The notes under the pieces are model-generated. The model saw nothing but the letters and a program-made list of their open reading frames with translations. It did not search any database and was not told where the DNA came from. Positions 19,744-29,606 of a stretch of 64,000 bases of DNA are shown in pieces. The stretch comes from an uncultured bacterium (GTDB lineage: Bacteria; Bacillota; Clostridia; Lachnospirales; Lachnospiraceae). The position numbers and the translations under genes were made by a program. The stretch lies in the NCBI GenBank assembly GCA_945949875.1, contig CAMFGH010000004.1, positions 3,135-67,134 of the forward strand, read 5' to 3'. Position 1 is the stretch's first letter, and every line of letters starts with the position of its first letter.

Positions 19744-20394
19744 ATGGATTTCATGATGATTTTTTCACAATTAGGAAAGGGACTTATTGTTTCCGTTGAG
19801 ATATTTATTCTCACGCTGGTATTTTCCATGCCACTGGGCCTTTTGGTTTCTTTTGGAAGAATGTCCAAAAATATCGTGATCAGAACGATCATGAAGGTAT
19901 ATATATCCATTATGCGTGGAACACCGCTGATGCTTCAGCTGATCGTTGTTTATTTTGCCCCATATTATGTGCTGGGAATGAAGATATCTTCAGCATATCG
20001 TTTTATCGCTGTCATTATCGGATTTGCAGTAAACTATGCGGCCTATTTTGCTGAAATCTACAGGGGTGGTATAGAGTCCATGCCGAAGGGGCAGTACGAA
20101 GCGGCTCAGGTACTGGGATATGGAAAAACCCAGACCTTTTGGAAGATCATTCTTCCCCAGGTGATCAAACGGATATTGCCTGCTGTAACCAACGAAATCA
20201 TCACGCTGGTCAAAGATACATCCCTTGCCTTTGTTATTGCAGTTGCTGAGATGTTTACCATTGCAAAGCAGATCGCTGCAGCACAGGCAAGCATTTTCCC
20301 GCTTATGATTGCAGGCGCATACTATTTCATCTTTAATCTGGTGGTGGCGCTTGTGATGGAATATGCAGAGAAGAAATGTAACTATTATCGATAG
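19744..20394 (+). CDS. Amino-acid ABC transporter permease
   Basis: RGTPLMLQL, AAYFAEIYRGGI, GQYEAA and LVKDTSL motifs. Confidence 0.95.
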   Translation: MDFMMIFSQLGKGLIVSVEIFILTLVFSMPLGLLVSFGRMSKNIVIRTIMKVYISIMRGTPLMLQLIVVYFAPYYVLGMKISSAYRFIAVIIGFAVNYAAYFAEIYRGGIESMPKGQYEAAQVLGYGKTQTFWKIILPQVIKRILPAVTNEIITLVKDTSLAFVIAVAEMFTIAKQIAAAQASIFPLMIAGAYYFIFNLVVALVMEYAEKKCNYYR

Positions 20395-20411
20395 GTGCGG
20401 GAGATAAATAT

Positions 20412-21242
20412 ATGGAGAATAAGAACTTACAGGAAAATAATCCTATGGAAAATAAGAGTTTGCAGGAAACGAATCCTATGGAAAACATCAATTTGCTGGA
20501 AATCAATCATATGAGAAAACAGTTTGGGAATCTGGAGGTCTTGAAAGACATTTCCCTGAATGTGAAAAAGGGCGAAGTAGTGTCGATCATCGGCCCTTCC
20601 GGTTCCGGAAAATCCACTTTACTCAGATGTGCTACCCTTCTGGAGAGAATGGATGGAGGAGATCTGATCTATCTGGGAGAAGCAGTATGCCGGGATGAAA
20701 ATGGGGAGAGTAAATATGTGTCCAAAAAGGAACTGAAAAAGTTCCACCGGTATTTTGGTCTGGTTTTTCAGAATTTTAATTTATTCCCTCACTTTAGCGT
20801 GATGAAAAATATCATAGACGCACCGGTCAGTGTGGCAGGCGTTCCGAAAAAAGAGGCGGAACAGACCGCCAGGAAATTATTAAAACAGCTGGGGCTGGAA
20901 GATAAGGCAGATGCCTATCCATATCAGCTTTCCGGCGGCCAGCAGCAGCGCGTCTCCATAGCCAGAGCACTGGCTTTAAAACCACAGATTCTTTTCTTCG
21001 ATGAACCCACATCCGCACTGGATCCGGAGCTTACTGCAGAAGTACTGAAAGTCATCAAACAGCTTGCAAAAGAACATATGACCATGATCATTGTGACCCA
21101 TGAAATGAATTTTGCAAGAGAAGTGTCGGATAAGATCATCTTTATGGAAGATGGTGTGATCCAGCAGCAGGGAACGCCCCAGGAAATCTTCCAGTCGCCA
21201 AATGAGCGAGTACGGGAATTTATCGGGAAGTTGTCTGATTAG
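20412..21242 (+). CDS. Amino-acid ABC transporter ATP-binding protein
   Basis: GPSGSGKST, LSGGQQQR, FFDEPTSALDPE and VTHEM motifs. Confidence 0.95.
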   Translation: MENKNLQENNPMENKSLQETNPMENINLLEINHMRKQFGNLEVLKDISLNVKKGEVVSIIGPSGSGKSTLLRCATLLERMDGGDLIYLGEAVCRDENGESKYVSKKELKKFHRYFGLVFQNFNLFPHFSVMKNIIDAPVSVAGVPKKEAEQTARKLLKQLGLEDKADAYPYQLSGGQQQRVSIARALALKPQILFFDEPTSALDPELTAEVLKVIKQLAKEHMTMIIVTHEMNFAREVSDKIIFMEDGVIQQQGTPQEIFQSPNERVREFIGKLSD

Positions 21243-21300
21243 AAGATGATGGATCAGAAGATGACGGATCAGAAGAGTCTGATCAGAAGATGACGGATTA
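21241..21300. repeat. Four degenerate ~15-bp tandem repeats (AGAAGATGACGGATC)
   Basis: Visible directly after the ABC ATPase stop. Confidence 0.75.
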
Positions 21301-21333
21301 GGTGAATCGATAATATTTTTCTACCGGAATGAT

Positions 21334-21373
21334 AAGCCCCTGCTTACTGAATATGAGGTAAGCAGGGGCTTTT
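21334..21373. terminator. Terminator between convergent ABC operon and purC
   Basis: AAGCCCCTGCTTAC...GTAAGCAGGGGCTTTT. Confidence 0.8.
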
Positions 21374-21440
21374 GTATAGAAAAGGCTTCTGCCGCGAGGA
21401 CAGAAGCCATAAAACTTCAACAAGCTGTTTTGCAGTATTT

Positions 21441-22316
21441 TTACAAATCTTCGCCGGTCAGAAGCTTATATGCCTGAAGGTATTTGTCTATTGTCTTTTG
21501 CACGATGTCCTGTGGAAGAGTCCAGTCATGACCTTCATGGCTGGTAAGCCAGTCACGGGCAAACTGTTTATCAAAGGATGGCTGACCATGGCCCGGTTCA
21601 TATCCATCTGCAGGCCAGAAACGGGAGCTGTCCGGAGTCAGCATTTCATCACCCAGAACGATGTTGCCCTGCTCGTCCAGACCAAATTCGAATTTGGTGT
21701 CTGCGATGATGATTCCTTTTGATAAAGCATAATCAGCGCATTTCTTATATAAAGCGATGGTATAATCACGAAGCTTGGAGGCGTATTCTTCTCCTTTTCC
21801 GGGGAAGCGTTTCTCTAAATATTCTACACTCTGTTCATAGGAAATGTTTTCGTCATGATCTCCAATCTCAGCCTTGGTAGAAGGGGTATAGATAGGTTCT
21901 GGCAGTTTGTCGGATTCTTTTAAGCCTTCCGGAAGCCTGATGCCGCATACGGTGCCGCTTTCCTGATAGCTTTTCCAGCCACTGCCTGTGATATAGCCAC
22001 GGACAATGCATTCCACCGGAAGCATTTCCAGTTTTTTGCACATCATGCTGTTTCCATCGAATTCCGGTTTCCGGAAAAATTCCGGCATATCTTTTACATC
22101 CGTTGAAATCATGTGGTTTGGAAGGATATCCTGTGTCAGATTAAACCAGAATTTGGACATCTGTGTCAGAACCGTACCTTTTTTGGTTACAATATTATGG
22201 AGAATCACGTCATAGCAGCTGATACGGTCAGTAGCTACCATGATCAGGCTGTCTCCGTTATCGTAGATCTCACGTACTTTGCCTTCTTTGATAGGCTTTA
22301 ATGCGTCTGTACTCAT
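21441..22316 (-). CDS. purC: SAICAR synthetase
   Basis: EGKVREIY, ATDRIS, ECIVRGY, TPSTKA, ADTKFEFG and DEMLTPDSSRFW motifs. Confidence 0.96.
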   Translation of the reverse strand: MSTDALKPIKEGKVREIYDNGDSLIMVATDRISCYDVILHNIVTKKGTVLTQMSKFWFNLTQDILPNHMISTDVKDMPEFFRKPEFDGNSMMCKKLEMLPVECIVRGYITGSGWKSYQESGTVCGIRLPEGLKESDKLPEPIYTPSTKAEIGDHDENISYEQSVEYLEKRFPGKGEEYASKLRDYTIALYKKCADYALSKGIIIADTKFEFGLDEQGNIVLGDEMLTPDSSRFWPADGYEPGHGQPSFDKQFARDWLTSHEGHDWTLPQDIVQKTIDKYLQAYKLLTGEDL

Positions 22317-22611
22317 ATTATCATTTACCTCCGGGAGTTTTCATGCGACAATTTTTACTTGGTATATTTGTAGTACACATGTCCATATTTACATGTTTAT
22401 GTTACGTCAAATTGTCTTCTATATAAGTCAATCATTTTTTCGTGGAAAAATCAATTGTTTTTTCCAGTTACTTTTCAATTTTGTTGCAATCCATTTTTTA
22501 CTGTTGTAAGATGAAAAAGATGTATGCAGTATTTTGTCTTTTCACGGATTCAGTTTTGAGGAGAACTGCAATTTTGAGAAGAGATGATCACTTTTTTGAG
22601 GAGAAAAGCGT

Positions 22612-24060
22612 ATGCAGGAAAATTTATTTATGTTAGAGGAGTTAAACGACAACCTGAGGGAAGAGTGCGGCGTTTTCGGGATGTATGACTTTGATGGCGG
22701 CAATGTTGCCAGTTCCATTTATTATGGTCTTTTGTCCCTGCAGCACCGTGGACAGGAAAGCTGCGGTATCGCAGTATCAGATACCAACGGGCCAAAGGGC
22801 AGGGTTTTATCCAGCAAAGACATGGGACTGGTAAACGAAGCATTTAAACCGGAGCATCTGGAAAAACTGGTCGGAGACATTGGTGTAGGGCATGTGCGTT
22901 ATTCCACAGCCGGAAGTTCCACCAGAGAAAATGCCCAGCCACTTGTACTGAACTATGTGAAGGGCACACTGGGACTTGCCCATAACGGAAATCTGATCAA
23001 TGCCCCTCAGCTGAGGGATGAACTGGCTTATACCGGTGCGATTTTCCAGACGACCATTGATTCAGAGGTAATTGCTTATTATATTGCCAGAGAAAGGCTG
23101 AATTCCAAAACCGTTGAGGAAGCAGTGGCGAGAGCAATGAAACGGATCAAGGGAGCGTATTCTCTGGTTATCATGTCGCCGAGAAAGCTGATCGGAGCAA
23201 GGGATCCCTTTGGATTCAGACCGCTTTGCATTGGTAAGAGAGATAATTGTTATATCCTGGCATCGGAGTCCTGTGCACTGGATACCATTGGTGCCACCTT
23301 TATCCGGGATGTGCTTCCGGGAGAGATCGTAACCATTTCCCCTGGGAAGGGAATCCAGTCGGATACTTCCATGTGCATTCCAAAAGAAGAACATGCCAGA
23401 TGTATTTTTGAATATATTTATTTTGCCAGGCCGGATAGTAAGCTGGATCAGGTCAGTGTATACAATTCCCGTATGCTGGCCGGAAAATTCCTGGCAATGG
23501 ACAGCCCGGTAGAAGCTGATATGGTGGTAGGTGTACCGGAATCCGGTAACGTGGCTGCTCTGGGCTATTCCCTGCAGTCCGGTATTCCCTACGGACAGGC
23601 CTTTGTAAAAAATACCTATATCGGCAGAACCTTTATCAAGCCGAAACAGAAAAACCGGGAAAGCAGCGTGCAGGTGAAATTAAACGCAATCCGGGAAGCT
23701 GTGGATGGAAAGAGGATCATTATGGTGGATGACTCGATTGTAAGGGGAACCACATCCGACCGTATTGTAAAAATGCTTCGGGATGCCGGCGCAAAAGAAG
23801 TACATATGCGTGTCAGCTCGCCACCATTTTTATGGCCCTGCTATTTCGGTACCGATGTACCTGCAAGAGAGCAGCTGATCGCTTACAACCGTTCCATAGA
23901 GGAAATCAGGCAGATCATTGGCGCGGATTCTCTGGGGTATCTGAGAATCGAAAGGCTTCCGGAGATGGTAGACGGAATCGGCATCTGCACAGGATGTTTT
24001 ACCGGAAAATATCCGATAGAGCCACCGGAAGAGGATATCCGGGGTGAGTTTGACCAGTAG
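22612..24060 (+). CDS. purF: Amidophosphoribosyltransferase
   Basis: EECGVFG propeptide/Cys1, LQHRGQES, GHVRYST and VDDSIVRGTT motifs; Fe-S cysteines. Confidence 0.97.
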   Translation: MQENLFMLEELNDNLREECGVFGMYDFDGGNVASSIYYGLLSLQHRGQESCGIAVSDTNGPKGRVLSSKDMGLVNEAFKPEHLEKLVGDIGVGHVRYSTAGSSTRENAQPLVLNYVKGTLGLAHNGNLINAPQLRDELAYTGAIFQTTIDSEVIAYYIARERLNSKTVEEAVARAMKRIKGAYSLVIMSPRKLIGARDPFGFRPLCIGKRDNCYILASESCALDTIGATFIRDVLPGEIVTISPGKGIQSDTSMCIPKEEHARCIFEYIYFARPDSKLDQVSVYNSRMLAGKFLAMDSPVEADMVVGVPESGNVAALGYSLQSGIPYGQAFVKNTYIGRTFIKPKQKNRESSVQVKLNAIREAVDGKRIIMVDDSIVRGTTSDRIVKMLRDAGAKEVHMRVSSPPFLWPCYFGTDVPAREQLIAYNRSIEEIRQIIGADSLGYLRIERLPEMVDGIGICTGCFTGKYPIEPPEEDIRGEFDQ

Positions 24061-24146
24061 GTCGGAAACCGGATAATGGGAAGATTTCTAAGATAGAGAA
24101 ACAAGGCAAGAAAAGAAAAAGAATAAAAGAACAAGGAGAAACGACG

Positions 24147-25580
24147 ATGGCAACAGACAGATACACCAGCCCGCTCTCTGAGCGATATGCAAGTAAGGAA
24201 ATGCAGTACATTTTTTCACAGGACATGAAATTCAAAACATGGAGAAAGCTGTGGATTGCTCTGGCAGAAACAGAGAAAGAACTTGGACTTGATATTACCC
24301 AGGAACAGATTGATGAATTAAAGGCACATGCGGAAGATATTAACTATGATGTTGCCAGGGAAAGAGAAAAACTGGTTCGTCACGATGTTATGAGCCATGT
24401 GTATGCTTATGGACAGCAGTGTCCCAAGGCGAAAGGTATTATTCATCTTGGTGCCACATCCTGTTATGTGGGAGATAATACCGATATTATTATCATGACA
24501 GAAGCATTGAAACTGGTAAAAAAGAAACTGGTCAGTGTGATCGATGAACTGGGAAAATTTGCAGAAAAATATAAAGATCAGCCAACCCTTGCTTTTACCC
24601 ATTTTCAGCCTGCACAGCCTACTACAGTAGGAAAGAGAGCCACACTCTGGGCACAGGAATTTTGTCTGGATCTGGAAGAACTGGATTTTGTATTATCTAA
24701 TATGAAGCTGCTCGGTTCAAAAGGAACTACCGGGACTCAGGCTTCCTTCCTGGAGCTGTTTGACGGGGACCAGAAGACCATTGACAAAATCGATCCGATG
24801 ATTGCTGCCAAGATGGGATTCAAGGAATGCTATCCGGTATCCGGACAGACCTATTCCAGAAAAATCGATACCCGGGTATGCAACGTGCTGGCAGGTATCG
24901 CTGCATCTGCCCATAAGATGAGTAACGACATCCGTCTCCTGCAGCATTTAAAAGAAGTAGAGGAACCTTTTGAAAAATCACAGATCGGTTCTTCTGCCAT
25001 GGCTTATAAGAGAAATCCTATGAGAAGTGAACGTATAGCTTCTTTGGCAAGATATGTGATGATCGATGCACTGAATCCGGCTATTACATCCGCAACCCAG
25101 TGGTTTGAAAGAACACTGGATGATTCCGCCAATAAGCGTCTTTCCATTCCGGAAGGCTTTTTGGCCACCGATGGTATTCTGGATCTTTGTCTGAATGTAG
25201 TGGATGGCCTTGTGGTATATCCAAAAGTAATTGAAAAGAGATTGATGAGCGAGCTGCCATTTATGGCAACGGAAAACATCATGATGGATGCAGTAAAAGC
25301 CGGTGGAGACAGACAGGAACTGCATGAAAAGATTCGTGTCCTTTCCATGGAAGCAGGAAAGAATGTGAAGGTAGAAGGAAAAGATAACAACCTCCTGGAA
25401 CTGATCGCAGCAGACGAATCCTTCAATATGACATTGGAAGAACTGCAGAAATGCATGGATCCTTCCAAATATGTGGGAAGAGCACCGCTTCAGGTTGAGA
25501 ATTTCCTGAAAAATGTGATCAATCCAATCAGGGAGGCTAATAAAGAGCTTCTCGGTGCGAAAGCAGAGATTAATGTGTAA
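24147..25580 (+). CDS. purB: Adenylosuccinate lyase
   Basis: RHDVM, IHLGATS, THFQPAQ and GSSAMAYKRNP motifs. Confidence 0.97.
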   Translation: MATDRYTSPLSERYASKEMQYIFSQDMKFKTWRKLWIALAETEKELGLDITQEQIDELKAHAEDINYDVAREREKLVRHDVMSHVYAYGQQCPKAKGIIHLGATSCYVGDNTDIIIMTEALKLVKKKLVSVIDELGKFAEKYKDQPTLAFTHFQPAQPTTVGKRATLWAQEFCLDLEELDFVLSNMKLLGSKGTTGTQASFLELFDGDQKTIDKIDPMIAAKMGFKECYPVSGQTYSRKIDTRVCNVLAGIAASAHKMSNDIRLLQHLKEVEEPFEKSQIGSSAMAYKRNPMRSERIASLARYVMIDALNPAITSATQWFERTLDDSANKRLSIPEGFLATDGILDLCLNVVDGLVVYPKVIEKRLMSELPFMATENIMMDAVKAGGDRQELHEKIRVLSMEAGKNVKVEGKDNNLLELIAADESFNMTLEELQKCMDPSKYVGRAPLQVENFLKNVINPIREANKELLGAKAEINV

Positions 25581-25619
25581 ATATGTGCAATAGATATAAA
25601 TTTGAATAAAAGAAATAAG

Positions 25620-25653
25620 AAAAGTGCAGATACGGGTGGATCTGCACTTTTTT
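25620..25653. terminator. purB terminator (possibly bidirectional)
   Basis: AAAAGTGCAGAT...ATCTGCACTTTTTT. Confidence 0.8.
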
Positions 25654-25721
25654 GTAGCCTATCAGAGCGAGATTCGCAAAGCGTATCTCATTTCTATGGA
25701 AAAATATATTGTTTGGAAAGT

Positions 25722-25970
25722 TTACTCAATATGAATGCCATGCTCGGCAAGGAGAGATTTTAAATATTCGTTTTCCTTTTCCTGTTTAGCAATTTCCGCA
25801 TCCTTTTCAGCAACTTCTTCTGTCAGCTTAGCAATATAATTCTTATATCCCCGCTCTCTGCTTTCGGCCCTGATAAAGCGGTCACAGGTTTCACGAATCT
25901 GTTCGTCTGTATTCAGTTGATACAGGGTTTCAACGGATGACTGTAAAGTAGGCATTTGATTTGCTAGCAT
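25722..25970 (-). CDS. Putative internal in-frame small protein (RpnS-like antitoxin, 82 aa)
   Basis: On the minus strand GGGAGG (25984-25979) lies 8 nt before an in-frame ATG at 25970. Confidence 0.55.
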   Translation of the reverse strand: MLANQMPTLQSSVETLYQLNTDEQIRETCDRFIRAESRERGYKNYIAKLTEEVAEKDAEIAKQEKENEYLKSLLAEHGIHIE

Positions 25971-26765
25971 AATAAGTTCCTCCCAGGTTTTCGCTTTGAA
26001 AAAGGCAGCCCATTTATCCATTTCATGAGCTTTGTCTTCTTTTGTTGCTAAATGGATACACTTTAAGTCTACCATATGCAACACAAATTTGTCAGTGTAT
26101 TCATGGAAATTTTTTATGTTTAGTAGTTTATAAGTGGCGTGAAATTCAGGAGAATTCGGAAACAGATGGAAATCTAAGAAACCGATGTGAATGGCAGATT
26201 TGGTATCAATATATTCTTCACCGGAATTTAAGTTGTCAAAGGAGCGACAAAGATAACCGAGGGAACGTTCCGGCCAGTTTTGTTGGTTTTCAATCTGCAT
26301 TTCCAGGTTTATAATGATGTTGTTATTTAGAAGTACTTTGATGTCTAAAATGAATGTTTTGCCTTCTATATATTTCCCCAGAAGAATAGGATTGGTGATT
26401 TCGATAGATATGATTGTTTCAGGATCCATATGTAAGACGGAACAGATCAGGCTTTTCAACGCATCATTGTTTTCCTGCAAAAAGGCCTGGAAGATATAAT
26501 TGTTGGTGCCTCCATATTTGATTTTTCCGGAGGCATGTTTCAGATTGTATCGAAGCTCCTCTGTGGGTTCGGGTAAGAATTTGACATAGGGAAGAGGGGC
26601 ACTTAATTCTGCTGAAGCCTTAATAGTGCCATAAGGCATCCTGGTACCGAAAATACCAGGAGATGTACTGGTATCGTATATGTTATGGAATGCCTCGATA
26701 TCTGAATTCTGAGTACAAAAGTTTTCAGTTCCTGAGAGTTCTTTAGAAGTTAGATTATTTTCCAT
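25722..26765 (-). CDS. Rpn-family PD-(D/E)XK nuclease ('putative transposase')
   Basis: NNYIFQAF, ILDIKV...INLEMQ, ERSLGY, IHIGFLDF and KWAAFFKAKTWEEL motifs; coiled-coil C-terminus; AAAGGA RBS. Confidence 0.85.
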   Translation of the reverse strand: MENNLTSKELSGTENFCTQNSDIEAFHNIYDTSTSPGIFGTRMPYGTIKASAELSAPLPYVKFLPEPTEELRYNLKHASGKIKYGGTNNYIFQAFLQENNDALKSLICSVLHMDPETIISIEITNPILLGKYIEGKTFILDIKVLLNNNIIINLEMQIENQQNWPERSLGYLCRSFDNLNSGEEYIDTKSAIHIGFLDFHLFPNSPEFHATYKLLNIKNFHEYTDKFVLHMVDLKCIHLATKEDKAHEMDKWAAFFKAKTWEELIMLANQMPTLQSSVETLYQLNTDEQIRETCDRFIRAESRERGYKNYIAKLTEEVAEKDAEIAKQEKENEYLKSLLAEHGIHIE

Positions 26766-27165
26766 AGATATGTCCTTTCATGATGTGATAATTGAGTTGA
26801 AAATAAAGTTCAGCAATTGATTAAAAAATAAAGCCCGACAGTTTGAATTGATAATAAAGTTTGATAATTTGGCGAAACGCCGGAAAGAAGAACAAGAGTC
26901 TTCTTGATATGGTTGGTTGAAGCAGGAATGCTTCAGATAGTGAGATGGTATCACATTTTATGAATGTAGACAAGAATAAAACATTTTTATTCAATTTTTA
27001 TTCATAACACAAATTTGCAATGCAGAATTGCCACAAGTATGTTATACTTGTCGATGGAAGAAATAATTCCAATGATTTTATGCAGGAATTGCGCGGAAAT
27101 TTTGTAATATGGATGTTTGATTAGCAAAATTTTACATGATCCGTGCAGTAAGAGAGGAGAACAAA

Positions 27166-28458
27166 ATGGTAAAAGCAGTAGTTGGAGCAAACTGGGGAGA
27201 TGAAGGCAAGGGCAAAATCACCGATATGCTGGCAGAAAAGGCCGACATTATCGTTCGTTTTCAGGGTGGTGCCAACGCAGGTCACACAATCGTAAATAAA
27301 TACGGCAAATTTGCATTGCACACATTACCGTCCGGCGTATTTTATGATCATACCACCAGTATCATCGGTAATGGCGTTGCACTGAACATTCCGGTTCTTT
27401 TTAATGAAATCAAATCCATTACTGATAAAAATGTACCGATGCCAAAGATTCTGGTTTCCGACAGAGCTCAGATGGTGATGCCATATCATATTTTATTTGA
27501 TCAGTATGAAGAGGAACGTCTTGGTGGCAAGTCCTTTGGTTCCACAAAATCCGGTATTGCACCATTTTATTCAGATAAATACGCTAAAATTGGTTTCCAG
27601 GTGAGCGAACTTTTTGACGAAGAATTGTTAAAAGAAAAAGTAGTCAGAATCTGCGAAACAAAGAACGTTTTATTAGAGCATTTATATCACAAACCATTGC
27701 TTAATCCGGATGAACTTCTGGAAACATTACATGAATACAGAGACATGGTAGAGCCATATGTGTGCGATGTTTCCCTGTTTTTGGACAAAGCATTAAAGGA
27801 GGGAAAAACTGTTCTGTTGGAAGGCCAGCTGGGAACCTTAAAGGACCCGGATCATGGTATTTATCCAATGGTTACCTCTTCTTCTACACTGGCAGCCTAT
27901 GGTGCCATCGGCGCAGGGCTTCCACCTTATGAAATAAAACAGGTCATTACCGTATGTAAGGCATATTCTTCCGCAGTGGGTGCAGGTGCTTTTGTTTCTG
28001 AGATTTTTGGTGACGAGGCAGATGAGCTCCGCAGACGAGGCGGAGATGGCGGTGAATTCGGTGCCACAACAGGTCGTCCGCGCCGTATGGGATGGTTTGA
28101 CTGCGTAGCTTCCAAATACGGATGCAGACTGCAGGGTACAACCGATGTTGCTTTTACGGTACTGGATGTACTGGGATATCTGGATGAGATTCCGGTATGC
28201 GTAGGCTATGAAATCGATGGTGAAGTAACAACAGACTTCCCTGTAACCCATAGATTGGAGAAGGCAAAACCGGTACTGAAAACATTACCCGGATGGAAAT
28301 GTGAAATCAGAGGTATCAAAAAATACGAAGACCTTCCGGAAAACTGCCGTAACTATATCGAGTTCATTGAAGAACAGATTGGTTATCCAATCACCATGGT
28401 CAGCAACGGACCTAGTCGTGATGACATTATTTACAGAGAAAGCAAGCTGAGCAAATGA
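27166..28458 (+). CDS. purA: Adenylosuccinate synthetase
   Basis: GANWGDEGKGK, QGGANAGHT and GATTGRPRR motifs; GAGGAG RBS. Confidence 0.97.
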   Translation: MVKAVVGANWGDEGKGKITDMLAEKADIIVRFQGGANAGHTIVNKYGKFALHTLPSGVFYDHTTSIIGNGVALNIPVLFNEIKSITDKNVPMPKILVSDRAQMVMPYHILFDQYEEERLGGKSFGSTKSGIAPFYSDKYAKIGFQVSELFDEELLKEKVVRICETKNVLLEHLYHKPLLNPDELLETLHEYRDMVEPYVCDVSLFLDKALKEGKTVLLEGQLGTLKDPDHGIYPMVTSSSTLAAYGAIGAGLPPYEIKQVITVCKAYSSAVGAGAFVSEIFGDEADELRRRGGDGGEFGATTGRPRRMGWFDCVASKYGCRLQGTTDVAFTVLDVLGYLDEIPVCVGYEIDGEVTTDFPVTHRLEKAKPVLKTLPGWKCEIRGIKKYEDLPENCRNYIEFIEEQIGYPITMVSNGPSRDDIIYRESKLSK

Positions 28459-29054
28459 TAAAAAATATTATTTTTGATATCGGAAATGTATTGACTGATT
28501 TTGGCTGGGAAGCATTTTTTGACTCTTTTGGTTTTTCGGAAGACATATTGAAAAGACTTGCAAAAGCCACAGTACTGAGTGAGAGTTGGCAAGAATATGA
28601 TCGCGGAAAAATGAGCGATGAAGAGATTTTGAATAGCTTCATTGAAAATGATCCGGGGATTGAGAAAGAACTAAGACAAATATTTCAAAGTGTGAAAGGC
28701 ATGGTGACCCGTGAGGAGTTCGCCATTCCCTGGCTACAATCCCTGAAGGAATCCGGATATCACGTATACTATTTGTCAAATTTCTCTCATATCGCACATG
28801 TGGATTGTGCAGAGGCACTGGATTTCCTCCCAATTATGGATGGAGGCATCCTATCCTATCAGGATCAGCTGATTAAGCCACAGCCGGAAATCTATGAGCT
28901 GCTTTTAAGCCGCTACCACCTGAACCCGGAAGAATGTGTATTTCTGGATGACACAGAAAGAAACCTTTTACCGGCACAGGCACTGGGGATGAAAACCATA
29001 TTGGTTAAAAACCACGAACAGGCAGTCCGGGATTTGGGGATGCTTCTTTCTTAG
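28455..29054 (+). CDS. HAD-family phosphatase
   Basis: FDIGNVL, LSN, KPQPEIY and FLDD motifs; ATGA overlap with purA. Confidence 0.9.
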   Translation: MIKNIIFDIGNVLTDFGWEAFFDSFGFSEDILKRLAKATVLSESWQEYDRGKMSDEEILNSFIENDPGIEKELRQIFQSVKGMVTREEFAIPWLQSLKESGYHVYYLSNFSHIAHVDCAEALDFLPIMDGGILSYQDQLIKPQPEIYELLLSRYHLNPEECVFLDDTERNLLPAQALGMKTILVKNHEQAVRDLGMLLS

Positions 29055-29158
29055 TGGGGACGTTCCTTCTGTCCATGGAATAGCCCTTTTGTCCATAGGA
29101 TTGTCCCCTGTCTATAGAATAGCCCTTTGTCTGCATACATTGCGTAAAATGTGTTAGT

Positions 29159-29207
29159 AACAGCCCTGGAAACTATTGTAGAATCAATAGTTTCCAGGGC
29201 TGTTTTT
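29159..29207. terminator. Perfect 20-bp-stem hairpin, probable terminator for purA-HAD
   Basis: AACAGCCCTGGAAACTATTG-TAGAAT-CAATAGTTTCCAGGGCTGTT followed by TTT. Confidence 0.8.
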
Positions 29208-29211
29208 AATA

Positions 29212-29498
29212 TTACTGCATGTGGGAAATATTTTTCCACTGTACAGTAATCGTTTTCAGCTTATTAATCAACATTACTGTATATTGATACAATTTACGCC
29301 ACATACAGTAATTGCTTTAGGCTTGCTGGTAAGTCTTACTGTACACAGGAACATTTCTGCTCTACATACAGTAATCAATTTAGACTTGTTGGAAAATCTT
29401 ACTGCGTACAGGAACTTTTTGATTCATATACAGTAATTGTTTTGAGCTTGCTGCCAAGCATTACTGTGCACTAGGATAGTTCTTACCATATACAGTAA
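29212..29498. repeat. Array of five 62/63-bp units TTACTG-N26/27-CAGTAA-N24
   Basis: TTACTG at 29212, 29274, 29336, 29399, 29461; CAGTAA at 29244, 29306, 29369, 29431, 29493. Confidence 0.9.
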
Positions 29499-29606
29499 AT
29501 TATTCAAAAGTTTCCATAGTTAGATAGGACAGAGGGACAATCCTGTGGACAAAAGGGCTATTCTGTAGACAAAAGGGCTATTCTGTGGACAAAAGAAACG
29601 CCCCCA

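Noticed and set aside
25722-26765. Insertion sequence/transposase call
   Set aside because: No DDE/HUH motifs, terminal IRs or target duplication; the Rpn family is not a demonstrated transposase.
29212-29498. CRISPR array interpretation
   Set aside because: Only 6-9 bp are invariant per half-unit, the spacers are related to each other, and there is no leader or cas gene.
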